Below, in pieces: positions 51,199-60,362 of a stretch of DNA of 64,000 nucleotides. Under the pieces are notes generated by a model. That model did no database searches. It saw nothing but the letters and a program-made list of their open reading frames with translations, and was not told where the DNA came from. Positions within the stretch are counted from its first letter, which is position 1. Each line of letters begins with the position of its first letter. Position numbers and translations under genes: made by a program. The stretch comes from Candidatus Binatus sp. (GTDB lineage: Bacteria > Desulfobacterota > Binatia > DP-6): positions 1,284 through 65,283 of the forward strand of contig DATILR010000440.1 of the NCBI GenBank assembly GCA_035476275.1. The letters run 5' to 3'.

Positions 51199-51602
51199 CG
51201 CTCGCTGCCTTGCCATCGCTGGGCGGCGACCAGCAGTTCGACCCGCGCTCGAATCTCGTCGCGGATCGCACGCACCCGCTCGGGTGACTGGCCCTTCGGA
51301 TCCGGGAGTTCCCAATCCTCACGTTGCACACCCCGGACCACCGGGCACGTTTCGCCGCACCCCATCGTCACAAGGAGCGTCGCCTGGGACCCAAGCTCGG
51401 GCGTCAGGCGACGAGGGTGGACGTGGCTGAGGTCCAGGCCGACTTCTCGCATCGCGTGGACGACTTCCGGATGGACGGCTTCCGCAGGCTCGGTCCCGGC
51501 TGAGATGGCGCTAACCTTGGTAGGGTCAGCCAGCGCATTGAAGAAGGCTGCTGCCATCTGTGAGCGGCCCGCGTTGTGAACGCAGGCGAAAAGAACCGTC
51601 AT
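51195..51602 (-). CDS. arsC: Arsenate reductase, LMW-PTP/thioredoxin-coupled type
   Basis: P-loop CVHNAGRSQMA (CX5R) at the N-terminus. LMW phosphatase fold with downstream Cys residues. Overlaps the aquaporin stop by 1 nt. Confidence 0.85.
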   Translation of the reverse strand: MTVLFACVHNAGRSQMAAAFFNALADPTKVSAISAGTEPAEAVHPEVVHAMREVGLDLSHVHPRRLTPELGSQATLLVTMGCGETCPVVRGVQREDWELPDPKGQSPERVRAIRDEIRARVELLVAAQRWQGSER

Positions 51603-52336
51603 CACACCCGATCGCCCGCCTGAATCACAGGCTCGGCCTCTTTGCAGACAACGCGCGGCACGACACCTGGATGCACCAGAAGCCACCGAAAGAGTCCCGT
51701 GGCAGCCGCCGCTCCGAGAAGCTCTGCCGCAATGAAGCCCGGCACGTCAGCCGGACGGATGCCGGCGAAGGTGTCGGTCAAGGCGCGAGCCATCGTGACG
51801 GCGGGATTGGCGAACGACGTGGACGCCGTGAACCAGTAGGCCGCCGTGATGTACGCCCCGACGGCGAACGCGACGGCCGTCGAGGAGCGAAGCCGCGAGC
51901 AGCCCCAGATGACGCTGAGCAGGCCGAATGTCGCGATGAACTCGCTGAGGAGCTGCGCCGGCCCGTGGCGCACGTGCTGCGAGAGCGAGAACGCGGGCAG
52001 CTCGAACATCAGGTCAGCGACCGCGACGCCGACAACGGCGCCGATTATCTGGGCCGCAACATACCCGGCCGCTTCCCGCCACGGGAGCCCTGCCTGCGAG
52101 GCGTCGGCGAACGTCACGGCTGGGTTGAAGTGGGCGCCCGAGATTGGCCCGAACGTCAAGATGAGGGCCACGAGCGCGGCACCGGTTGCGAGCGTGTTCG
52201 CGAGCAGCGCCACTGCCACGTTCCCGCCAGCGAGCCGCTCGCCCATGATGCCCGAGCCGACGACGGCGGCGAGCAGCATCCCGGACCCGACGCCTTCGGC
52301 GAGGAGCCGGCGGGCCAGGGTCATCGACGGGGTCAC
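51602..52336 (-). CDS. aqpS: MIP-family aquaglyceroporin (arsenite channel AqpS-like)
   Basis: Two NPA boxes (HFNPAVT and FANPAVT) and six TM helices. Sits inside the ars operon. ATGA overlap with the arsR stop. Confidence 0.9.
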   Translation of the reverse strand: MTPSMTLARRLLAEGVGSGMLLAAVVGSGIMGERLAGGNVAVALLANTLATGAALVALILTFGPISGAHFNPAVTFADASQAGLPWREAAGYVAAQIIGAVVGVAVADLMFELPAFSLSQHVRHGPAQLLSEFIATFGLLSVIWGCSRLRSSTAVAFAVGAYITAAYWFTASTSFANPAVTMARALTDTFAGIRPADVPGFIAAELLGAAAATGLFRWLLVHPGVVPRVVCKEAEPVIQAGDRV

Positions 52337-52698
52337 GCGGAGCGCTTCGTGGCGACCTTGTCAGCGGGCAGCGCGAGCGCTTGCCGGAGTGCTTCGACGC
52401 GTTCCGGGACCAACCGGTAGAACATCCACGTTCCCCGGCGCTCGCGCGCAAGAAGCCCGGCCTCCGTCAGGACCCTGAGATGGTGGCTCACGGTCGGCTG
52501 CGCCAGCCCGAGCGGGCCGACGAGATTGCAAACGCACGCCTCCGAACCGCTCTGTGCGGCGATGTAACTGAGCAGCCGCAAGCGTCCAGGGTCGGCGATC
52601 GCCTTGAACGCCGTCGCGAGCGCCTCGGCATCGTTGCGTCCAAGGCGGGCGCGCAGCACGGGGGCGCAGCAGCGGGGCGCGTCCTCCTTGATCGACAT
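52333..52698 (-). CDS. arsR: ArsR/SmtB-family metalloregulatory repressor
   Basis: Winged-HTH with the metal-site cysteines (ACVCNLV) and the ArsR signature. Confidence 0.9.
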   Translation of the reverse strand: MSIKEDAPRCCAPVLRARLGRNDAEALATAFKAIADPGRLRLLSYIAAQSGSEACVCNLVGPLGLAQPTVSHHLRVLTEAGLLARERRGTWMFYRLVPERVEALRQALALPADKVATKRSA

Positions 52699-52727
52699 GC
52701 GTAGATATTGACATAGATCGATGCGGT
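52699..52727. promoter_or_regulatory. Divergent intergenic region (29 bp) with a direct ATAGAT repeat; candidate ArsR operator/promoter
   Basis: The sequence tgcgtagatattgacatagatcgatgcg lies between arsR (-) and the 52728 ORF (+). ATAGAT is repeated 12 bp apart and spans a TTGACA hexamer. Confidence 0.25.
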
Positions 52728-53045
52728 GTGCAAGCTACCGACATCCATCGCTTCCAGAAGGCCGTGAAGGTCTATGTCTACCCGACGATCGACCCCGAGT
52801 CCGGGGCGCTCGTCACCGCCGAGACGATGCCAGTCCCGGAGTCGATGCGATACCTGTACCGACACCTCCTCGACAATCGGCACATCGAGGCCCTCGAGAA
52901 CTACGAGCCATCGATTCTTCGGATCAATACCCGCGACGTGTTGGCTCGCTTGCAACGCGGCGATGGTGGCTGGGAGTCGGCGGTTCCGGAGCGCGTGGCG
53001 ACCATCATCAAGGAACGGCGCCTCTTCGCGGATCACGCGACGTGA
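52728..53045 (+). CDS. Hypothetical small protein (105 aa)
   Basis: GTG start. Lower-GC sequence than its surroundings. No recognisable family. Confidence 0.4.
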   Translation: MQATDIHRFQKAVKVYVYPTIDPESGALVTAETMPVPESMRYLYRHLLDNRHIEALENYEPSILRINTRDVLARLQRGDGGWESAVPERVATIIKERRLFADHAT

Positions 53046-53054
53046 CCCAGTGAG

Positions 53055-54233
53055 CTATGGGCGCTCGAGATAGGCGGCGGTCGACATACCTCCAGCCGTG
53101 CAGACGCCGACGATCGCGCGGTGACGGCTGCGCCGGGCGAGCTCCAGCAGCGTCGATCCCAGGTATCGGATGCCCGACATGCCGTACGGGTGCCCGAGCG
53201 GTACCGCCCCACCGTTGACGTTCGTGATCTCCCACGGCGTCTCGAGCTGCGCCTGGTTGTAGAGCGTGGTGACCGCGTAGGCCTCGTGGAGCTCCCACAG
53301 ATCGACATCCGACATCGCGAGCTGGTGATGCTTCATGACCTTCCGGATTGCGGGCGCGATCGCGATGCTCATCTCCTCGGGCGCGACCGCGGCCAGCTGC
53401 ATGCCCCGAAACAGTCCGAGGATCGGCAATCCCCGGCGCGCGGCGACCTCGGCGTCCATCATCACGACGGCCCCCGCACCGTCCGACAGCTGCGAGGCGT
53501 TGCCTGCCGTCGTCGTGCCGCCCGGGTACACCGGCTTGAGCGCGGCGAGCTTGGCGAGGGTCGTGTCGGGGCGCGGGCCCTCGTCGTGGTCGAGGGTGAC
53601 CTCTTGTTCGTGACTGGCCCCAGTGGCCTTGTCGGTGACCTTCATCGTCGTCGTGAACGGGACGATCTCCTCGGCGAACTTTCCGGCGGCCGCCGCCGCG
53701 GCGACGCGCGTCTGGCTCTGCACGACGTACGCATCCTGCGCCTCGCGGCTGATGCCGTATTTCTTCGCGACCAAATCGGCTGTCTGGTTCATCGTCCACC
53801 ACACCGCCGGCATGCGTTGCTGGAGCGGCGGGTAGAAGAAGCCGTTCATGTTGAGGGTGAACTGGACCAGACTGATGCTCTCGACGCCCGCCGCGATCTC
53901 GATCGTGGCCTCCCCGGCGGCGATCCGATTCGCGACGATGGATGCCGCGCTCAGCCCCGAGCCGCAGTAGCGATTGACGGTCATTCCCGGCACCGCGACT
54001 CCAAACCCGGCCTCGAGTGCGGCGTTGCGCGCGATGTTGTGGCCGGTGGCGCCCTCCGGCAAGCCGCAACCGACGACGACATCTTCGACCTCGCCGGGCT
54101 CGATGCCGGCGCGCTTGACCGCCTGACGGAGCACGTGCGCCGTCAAGGGGATGCCGTGGGTCTGGTTGAGTGCGCCCCGCGTGGCGCGCGCGATACCGGT
54201 GCGACAGTAGGCGACGACGGCGACGTCTTTCAT
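53055..54233 (-). CDS. Acetyl-CoA C-acyltransferase (thiolase), 393 aa
   Basis: AAGGAG RBS. Active-site Cys block (NRYCGSGLSAASI) and the C-terminal thiolase signature (NVNGGAVPLGHPYGMSG, with the His and Cys catalytic residues). Confidence 0.92.
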   Translation of the reverse strand: MKDVAVVAYCRTGIARATRGALNQTHGIPLTAHVLRQAVKRAGIEPGEVEDVVVGCGLPEGATGHNIARNAALEAGFGVAVPGMTVNRYCGSGLSAASIVANRIAAGEATIEIAAGVESISLVQFTLNMNGFFYPPLQQRMPAVWWTMNQTADLVAKKYGISREAQDAYVVQSQTRVAAAAAAGKFAEEIVPFTTTMKVTDKATGASHEQEVTLDHDEGPRPDTTLAKLAALKPVYPGGTTTAGNASQLSDGAGAVVMMDAEVAARRGLPILGLFRGMQLAAVAPEEMSIAIAPAIRKVMKHHQLAMSDVDLWELHEAYAVTTLYNQAQLETPWEITNVNGGAVPLGHPYGMSGIRYLGSTLLELARRSRHRAIVGVCTAGGMSTAAYLERP

Positions 54234-54334
54234 GAACCCGCTCCTTGTCTGAGGCATTGGTCTACCTGCCTCGGGGTCGTATACCTTGAGCGCATTGCCC
54301 ATATTGGAGATGAAGACAACTAGCAGCTTCGCGA

Positions 54335-54550
54335 ATGCCGGCTGGGCGGATCGCTTCCTCCCGCAAGGGAACGAGCAAACGGCGCGTCTCTGCCGGCATG
54401 GCCACGCGCACGCTGCACCGTCACCTCGCCGCCGAGGGCACCAACTTCCGACTCCTCGTCGACGAAGTACGTGGTGCCCTCGCAGAGGGACGCCTCCGAG
54501 CGTCTCCCGGGCCCGCGCCTGAGGAGGCCGCCTCATGGGTCTCGCCGTAA
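54335..54550 (+). pseudogene. AraC-family transcriptional regulator C-terminal HTH fragment (about 70 aa)
   Basis: SAGMATRTLHRHLAAEGTNFRLLVDEVR resembles the first HTH of AraC/XylS regulators. An in-frame stop lies just upstream and no N-terminal domain is present. Confidence 0.3.
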
Positions 54551-54829
54551 GCCTTCGCGCTCCTGGCAACTTGCGTGATCGTCCAGAGCGTGGGGATGCT
54601 GGTGCTCATCCACTGGCTCGCGCGCCTTCGCCGGGTCCTCGAGTCCCCGAGCGCGCCCCGTCGCGTTGGGCTCCTCCTCCGCCTCTTCATGATAAGCCGC
54701 TGGAATGGCTCAGGACGCCGAACTGCGCCGCGCCGGGGGGTCTGGGGAAAGGTCCGAGCTGGGGTACCAGCGGCACGTGGAGGTTGCGCGGCACATGAAC
54801 GACCCCTCGTCGTGACAGGAGTCGTCGCG

Positions 54830-55465
54830 TTACCCCCGGCGGCCGACGAACTGGAATCCGCGCGCCGGGTTGCCGTTCATCGTCGTCGCCTCGAACTCGG
54901 CAAACAAGAACCCGCCGAAGCCCGACGTGAGCTCGCGAATCCACCCGGGGTCGTGGTGGCGGAGGACGACGCCCTCGGGGTGCTCGAAGACGCCGTATCG
55001 CGGGAAGCGTCGCGCGCCCTCGCGGTAGCGCGCCACGTTGCGCTCGTCGGGGGCCAGCAGCAGGTCGCTGACGTACAGGAGGCCGGCCGGTCGCAGCACG
55101 CGCTGGATCTCGGCGACGAGCGCGCGCTGGTCGTCGTCCGCGGGAACGCACGTGAGCACCGCGATGAGGAACACGGCCTCGAAACTCGCGTCGGGGAACG
55201 GCAATGGTCCCGGCGCGACCACGCGCAGGTCGAGGTCGGGGTACAGGCGCCGCCCTCGCGCGATCATCGCGCCAGCCGTGTCGACGCCGACGAGGCGGTG
55301 GTAGCCGAGGGCGGCCAGCTGCTCGAGCGTCCGGCCATAGCCGCAGCCGACGTCGAGGATCCGCGCGTCCCGCGGCACCATCATCGGCACGCGCTCAACG
55401 TCGAGCGGATGGCGGAACGTCTTGGTCTCGGCGACCCGGTTCCAGTAGTCGCTGGGCGACGTCAT
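54830..55465 (-). CDS. Class I SAM-dependent methyltransferase (211 aa)
   Basis: SAM motif (ILDVGCGYGRT) and a type-11/12 methyltransferase fold. Confidence 0.85.
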   Translation of the reverse strand: MTSPSDYWNRVAETKTFRHPLDVERVPMMVPRDARILDVGCGYGRTLEQLAALGYHRLVGVDTAGAMIARGRRLYPDLDLRVVAPGPLPFPDASFEAVFLIAVLTCVPADDDQRALVAEIQRVLRPAGLLYVSDLLLAPDERNVARYREGARRFPRYGVFEHPEGVVLRHHDPGWIRELTSGFGGFLFAEFEATTMNGNPARGFQFVGRRG

Positions 55466-55685
55466 CGGCGCCGCGGGGACGAGCCGCTTGCGGCGCGGGT
55501 GGCGGCATCGCCCCAGCTTCTTCGTGGGGGCATAGCCCCACCACGGCCCGAAGTTGACAGAATCGTCAAGTCGGACGTTCGCCTCCTTGCCTCCGACAGG
55601 GCGGAACGGAATGAATCAGCAGCTCGATGTTGAAGGCGCGGGCCGAGTTGGTGTACTGCCTCGTTCCTGCGCAAGGGGGACACCC

Positions 55686-56150
55686 ATGAAGCGAGCGCTC
55701 TTCTGGCTTGCGACGATCGGTCTCGCCGTTTCGTCGCTGGCCACAGGCAAGGAGCCAGCCCCGGCAGCCACGGCACCGAGTATGCCCGCGGGGCTGGCTG
55801 ACCGCGTCGAGGCAAACAGCGCCGCCGTGAGGAATCGGGATGTCGCCGCTCTCGATGACATCTGGACGGACGACTACACGTTCATCAATCCCCACGGAGC
55901 GCTCCTCACCAAGAAGCAGCGCCTCGAGAACCTCAAGTCCGGCGCCACCGCCGTCGAGGCGACCGCCCGCCAGGTCGAAGCGGTCCACGTCTACGGAGAT
56001 ACAGCCGTGACCGCCAGCCGGATCACCTTGAAGGGGAAGTACAGCGGCAAGGAAGCGAGCGGCGAGTACCGCATGCTCAGCGTGTGGGTCAATCAGCAGG
56101 GACGGTGGCGCCTGGTAGCGAATCAGCTCACTCCGATCGCCAGGCACTGA
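55686..56150 (+). CDS. NTF2-like (SnoaL/DUF4440-type) secreted/lipoprotein (154 aa)
   Basis: AAGGGGGA RBS. Signal peptide (MKRALFWLATIGLAVSSLATG). Matches the DUF4440 core (DDIWTDDYTFINPHGALLTK...MLSVWVNQQGRWRLVANQ). Confidence 0.7.
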   Translation: MKRALFWLATIGLAVSSLATGKEPAPAATAPSMPAGLADRVEANSAAVRNRDVAALDDIWTDDYTFINPHGALLTKKQRLENLKSGATAVEATARQVEAVHVYGDTAVTASRITLKGKYSGKEASGEYRMLSVWVNQQGRWRLVANQLTPIARH

Positions 56151-56218
56151 GATCCGGCGCTGTGCGCGTCGTCCCGCTGGCGCTCCGCCGCGATCGGCTC
56201 CGGTTCGAGAACGGCCGC

Positions 56219-57268
56219 TCAGTGCTGGTCGTCGAGCTTCATGGCCGCGCCGCGGCGGGCGTATACGTCATCGCCCGAGTAGCTCACCTCGAGCACCTCG
56301 TGGCCGGCGTACATCGCCTTCCGGAACCCGTAGCCGACGGACGGCTCCTGCGGCGTCGCGTCCGTCGTGTAATCCCAGCGCGGGCGGGGCTCCCACGTCG
56401 TCGCGCCGTCGCGCAGCGTCTCGACGTCCCATACGAACAGCTGGAAGACGCCGAGGAGGTTCTGGGGCACGTCGGGCCGGAAGAAGAACTCCGTCGCGAT
56501 GGTGACGTCGCCGGGCGGGGCGATGTAGCGGCCGCGGCTCTCGTCGATCAGGAAGACAACGTCGACCGCCGGCTCGCCAAACGGCCGGATCGTTAGCCGC
56601 CACGGCCAGTAGCGGCCGGCGGGGAGGATGGGCGTCGGGACGCCGGCCGGGGTGAAGTGATGGCCCCAGCCGGGCTGCGCCGCCATCGTCACGAGCGGCT
56701 GGCGGACGAGCGTCAGCTCGAGGTCGCGGCCGAGGATCGAGCCCTGGTGGATCGCCGCGATCGACGTGATCGCGGCGTGCTCCGGCGTCGTGCGATCGAT
56801 GCCGGCGCACTGCCGCGGGAAGAGCCCGCGGGCCGCGGCGGTCGTCGGCTGGAGGCCGACGCGCCCGACGCCGTGGTAGTCGACGTTCCGGAGCCAGAGC
56901 GACGGCTCGTCGGGATGGCGGAGGCCCTGCTCCGGCCAGCCGGCGTGGCCGAGGTCGTCGGCGTACTCGAGCCAGTCGGTCGCGACGTCCGTGTCGATCG
57001 TACCGAGGCCGGAGCCGCCGGGCGTTGCGGTGCGGATGCCGAAGAAGACGAGCTTCCGGTTGACGTGCCCGGAGGAGGCGTTGACGCGCAGGTGGTAGCG
57101 CAGGCCGACCGTGTCGGCCGGGACGTCGGCCAGCTTCGCGGAGACGGTGCCGCCGTCGCCGGCGCGGTGCAGGAGCGCGTCGCCCGGCCCGGGAGCGCCG
57201 AGGCTGCGCGCGTAGGCGGGAACCCACGCTGCGAACAGGACGAGGAGCAGGATCGATCGCCACGGCAT
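56219..57268 (-). CDS. Hypothetical secreted protein (349 aa) immediately downstream of the porin-cytochrome genes
   Basis: Signal peptide (MPWRSILLLVLFAAWVPAYA). No heme motifs and no recognisable family. Same strand as the cytochrome cluster, 126 bp after the porin. Confidence 0.55.
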   Translation of the reverse strand: MPWRSILLLVLFAAWVPAYARSLGAPGPGDALLHRAGDGGTVSAKLADVPADTVGLRYHLRVNASSGHVNRKLVFFGIRTATPGGSGLGTIDTDVATDWLEYADDLGHAGWPEQGLRHPDEPSLWLRNVDYHGVGRVGLQPTTAAARGLFPRQCAGIDRTTPEHAAITSIAAIHQGSILGRDLELTLVRQPLVTMAAQPGWGHHFTPAGVPTPILPAGRYWPWRLTIRPFGEPAVDVVFLIDESRGRYIAPPGDVTIATEFFFRPDVPQNLLGVFQLFVWDVETLRDGATTWEPRPRWDYTTDATPQEPSVGYGFRKAMYAGHEVLEVSYSGDDVYARRGAAMKLDDQH

Positions 57269-57308
57269 CGATGTCCGTCATCATGCCGGACCCGTCGGCC
57301 GTGTCGAG

Positions 57309-57343
57309 CGCCCCCCCCGGTGGTTGCGCCACCGGGGCGGGGC
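57309..57343 (-). terminator. GC-rich hairpin (9-14 bp stem, 5-nt loop) between the porin gene and the downstream secreted-protein gene
   Basis: The sequence gcgccccccccggtgg-ttgcg-ccaccggggcggggc forms a near-perfect inverted repeat about 50 bp after the porin stop. No clear U-tract follows, so this is a possible attenuator or intrinsic terminator. Confidence 0.3.
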
Positions 57344-57393
57344 GGTAGCCGCCGGAGCGCAGCGCTCAGCACGTAGTGCTGCGGTCAAGTCGG

Positions 57394-59418
57394 TCAGAAC
57401 TCAAACCGGCGCGTCACCCGGAACTCGAGGATGGTTGCGTCGTAGTCGTTCCGCGACAGCGGATTCTGCGAATACGAGATCCGTCGTGCCTCGATCCCGG
57501 GCTCGAGGAAAGGATGGTGGAAGGCGACGAACGCGCCGGCGTCGATCCGGTCGAGATCGTACGATCCGCGCTGCGGCAACCCTGGCTCGAAGCTCGGTGC
57601 GAGCTTGTTGTCGGAGCGGAACCAGGCGAGGTTCCATCCCGTCGACCAGGGGTATCCGAGGAGCGTGAAGTCGTACGTCAGGGTGCTCGTGATCACGTCC
57701 TCGCTGCCGGACTGCACCGAGCCCCTCGGCTGGTAGCGTGGCGCGATCAGGATCTGGTTGCTGGTATCGAGGTCACGCCGCGTGTAACCGGCAACGGCGG
57801 TCAGGCCGGCGGCCGGCGTGAGGCTCACCGACACGGTATCGGCGAACCGCTGGACGCGCCCGTGGAAGTCGGAGTTCTCGAAGCTGTCGGCGGTGAACTC
57901 GTACGAGAGCTGGAGCCAGTCGCGCGGGCGGAGGTGGAAGCCCGTCTTGCCGCGGTTCTGGAAGGTGTAGGCGATCTCGCGCGACGGGAGAGCGGGCACG
58001 CTCTGCGAGTTGCCCGGGATGGTCCACGGGTCGTCGATCTGGACGTTGTCGTAGCGGAAGAAGAGATCGAGCCAGCGCGCCGGCTGCCAGCGGCCCTCGG
58101 CGACGGCGCCCACGAGGTCGGTCGAGATGTCCTGGTTCGCGAGCGAGAACGCCGCGTCCCGGCGCGCGTACTGGATGCCGGCGCTGAGCGCGAGGGACGT
58201 GGTCGGCCGCACCTCGACGTCCGAGGTGACGCGATTCAGGCGCACGTGGAAGCGCGTGGACGTCTGCAGGCGGCCGGGATTGAGGAGCGCGTCGAGGTCG
58301 CCGTCCTGGCTGCGATCGTCGTAGCGATAGTCCAGGTGAAGCGTGGCGATGGAGGTCAGGCGCACGCTGGCGCCGAGGTCGGCCAGCTGCGTGCTGAGCG
58401 AGGCGTCGCCGGTGTCGAAGCGGGTGGAGGGCCCGTTGTCGGACGGGATCGTGCTGGTACCGTTGCGGAAGCGGGTGCGACTCTCGTCGAGGCTGGCGTT
58501 GGCGTAGACGTAGCCGCCGGTCAGCTCGACGCGATCGCCGACGGGCCGGCTCACCCGCACCCGCGTGATGGGGATGTCGATGTGGTCGTCTTCGGTGCTC
58601 TGCCAGCTCGTGAGCGTGAAGCCTTGCGCTGGGTCTAGGCCGTTGGGGTCGGTGGGACCGTGCAGGCCGTAGGTGCGGCTCACGCGGCGGTACTGTTGCT
58701 CGAGGAAGAAGCCGGTGCCGAGCGCGGTGAACTCGGTCCCGACGCTCCCGACGTTCGTCACCTGGCGCTGCGGCGCCTGCACGAGGAAGTTGCCACCACC
58801 GGGGACCAAGACCGTCGAGGTCCCGTCGCCCTCCAGCTGGTAGAGACGGTAGCCCAGGATGAGAGTCGGGAGGTTCTTCGGGTGGAGGCGCAGCTCGGCG
58901 ATCCCGTTGGTGCGGATCAGGTCGAAGTCGTGGAGGTCGTCCAGGCGGAGATCGCCCGGCACCGTCGCATCGAAGAGGCGTGGGACCTCGTAGAAGTACT
59001 TCGAGCGGATGAAGTCGACGCGCAGGTCCCACAGCGCCCGGTCCTCGGCGTTGAGCACGAAGCGGGACGCGGGCTCGTCCCCCGGGGTGTCCACCTCGAG
59101 GTGGAAGCGGTCGAGCGGCGCCTTGCCGGGCTCGCGAGCCTCGCTGTCCAGCGTGAAGAGGAAGAGGCGGCCGCCAGAGCGCAGGTTGTAGTCCTCGCGG
59201 TACTTGTCCTTCGACCCGTCGATGTCGACCAGTCGGTAGCCCGAAGCGACCGTCGCCGTCGAACGGTAGGGACGCTCCGGCGGGCTCGGGGGAGCCGTCT
59301 CTTCAGGTGTGCTCGCGGCCGGCTCGCCGCCGGCAGCTTCCTCGGCGGGCGCGCGGGTGCCTCCAAGGACGGCGAGCAGGGCGAGCGAAACGACCAGACG
59401 GGCCCCGCACCGCCACAT
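57394..59418 (-). CDS. Outer-membrane beta-barrel protein, MtrB/PioB/MtoB-like porin of a porin-cytochrome complex (674 aa)
   Basis: Signal peptide (MWRCGARLVVSLALLAVLGG). Long protein rich in alternating amphipathic beta-strand-like segments. C-terminal aromatic beta-signal ending ...RVTRRFEF. The start ATG overlaps the decaheme gene's stop (ATGA). Confidence 0.72.
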   Translation of the reverse strand: MWRCGARLVVSLALLAVLGGTRAPAEEAAGGEPAASTPEETAPPSPPERPYRSTATVASGYRLVDIDGSKDKYREDYNLRSGGRLFLFTLDSEAREPGKAPLDRFHLEVDTPGDEPASRFVLNAEDRALWDLRVDFIRSKYFYEVPRLFDATVPGDLRLDDLHDFDLIRTNGIAELRLHPKNLPTLILGYRLYQLEGDGTSTVLVPGGGNFLVQAPQRQVTNVGSVGTEFTALGTGFFLEQQYRRVSRTYGLHGPTDPNGLDPAQGFTLTSWQSTEDDHIDIPITRVRVSRPVGDRVELTGGYVYANASLDESRTRFRNGTSTIPSDNGPSTRFDTGDASLSTQLADLGASVRLTSIATLHLDYRYDDRSQDGDLDALLNPGRLQTSTRFHVRLNRVTSDVEVRPTTSLALSAGIQYARRDAAFSLANQDISTDLVGAVAEGRWQPARWLDLFFRYDNVQIDDPWTIPGNSQSVPALPSREIAYTFQNRGKTGFHLRPRDWLQLSYEFTADSFENSDFHGRVQRFADTVSVSLTPAAGLTAVAGYTRRDLDTSNQILIAPRYQPRGSVQSGSEDVITSTLTYDFTLLGYPWSTGWNLAWFRSDNKLAPSFEPGLPQRGSYDLDRIDAGAFVAFHHPFLEPGIEARRISYSQNPLSRNDYDATILEFRVTRRFEF

Positions 59419-60362
59419 CACGGCTCCAGGAAGAACGCCTGGCTGTTCGAGCCGTGGATCGCCGTGTGGCAGCGCGTGCAATCGCGGTAGCTCGGCTGCA
59501 CGTGGCTCGCCGGCGTCACGGCGTGACACTGGTAGCAGAGCTGGGCGACCTGCTGGTAGCGGAGCAGATGGCGGTTCGCGCTACCGTGTGGCTCGTGGCA
59601 GCTCCCGCAGCCCTCGAGGGTGAGCCCGATGTGCTCGAAGATGAACGGGCCCTCGACCTCGCCGTGGCAGCGGAAGCACGTCCGCTGCTCGGTGTCGCGC
59701 AGCAGCGATCGCTCGGACGTGCCGTGGGGCTGGTGGCAGTCGATGCACGACACCACGCCTTCGGGCACCTTGTGATGCTCGGGCAGCGCGAAGGTCGAGC
59801 GCACGGCCGCATGGCAACGGTAGCAGAGCGCCACCGTCGTCTCGTCGCCACGCCAGGTCGCGCCGCGCATCGGCTGGGGCAGCGGATCGCCCACCTTCAG
59901 CATGAGGCGTGCGCTCCCCCCGTGCGGATCGTGGCAGTCGGTGCAGGAAACGTCGGCGCGCGCGTGCTCGCTGGCCGCGAAGCCGTGCAGGGCGGATTCC
60001 TTGCCGTGACAGCGGAGGCACGGCGCCGCACGCTCGGACGCGGACTCGGACGGGTCGAAGGTACGCAAGTTCCCTGCCTTGCCCCCCCCGCCGTCGACAT
60101 GGGCCTGTCCCGCGCCGTGGCAGGCCTCGCAGCCGCGTTGGTCGGGTGGGCGCGCGGGGTCGTCGAGCGCGCGGGCGTGGGGTGACTTGCCGTAGCTCTC
60201 GCTCCACTCCGCGTGGCAGGCGGCGCAGACCTCGGGTCCCGCGAACGCAGCGGGATCGGGTGGCGGGCCGGGCGCGGGTGCCGGCTGCCGTGGCGAGAGG
60301 TCCGGAAGCCCGCAAGCCAGTGCCACCGCCACCGCGAAGATGGGAACCCAGGCCCGCCTCAC
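59418..60362 (-). CDS. Decaheme c-type cytochrome, MtrA/PioA/MtoA-like (314 aa, 10 CxxCH)
   Basis: Ten CxxCH motifs (CAACH, CEACH, CLRCH, CTDCH, CYRCH, CIDCH, CFRCH, CGSCH, CYQCH, CTRCH) in about 300 aa. Signal peptide with possible lipobox (AVALAC). The GTG start overlaps the upstream cytochrome's stop as GTGA. Confidence 0.85.
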   Translation of the reverse strand: MRRAWVPIFAVAVALACGLPDLSPRQPAPAPGPPPDPAAFAGPEVCAACHAEWSESYGKSPHARALDDPARPPDQRGCEACHGAGQAHVDGGGGKAGNLRTFDPSESASERAAPCLRCHGKESALHGFAASEHARADVSCTDCHDPHGGSARLMLKVGDPLPQPMRGATWRGDETTVALCYRCHAAVRSTFALPEHHKVPEGVVSCIDCHQPHGTSERSLLRDTEQRTCFRCHGEVEGPFIFEHIGLTLEGCGSCHEPHGSANRHLLRYQQVAQLCYQCHAVTPASHVQPSYRDCTRCHTAIHGSNSQAFFLEP

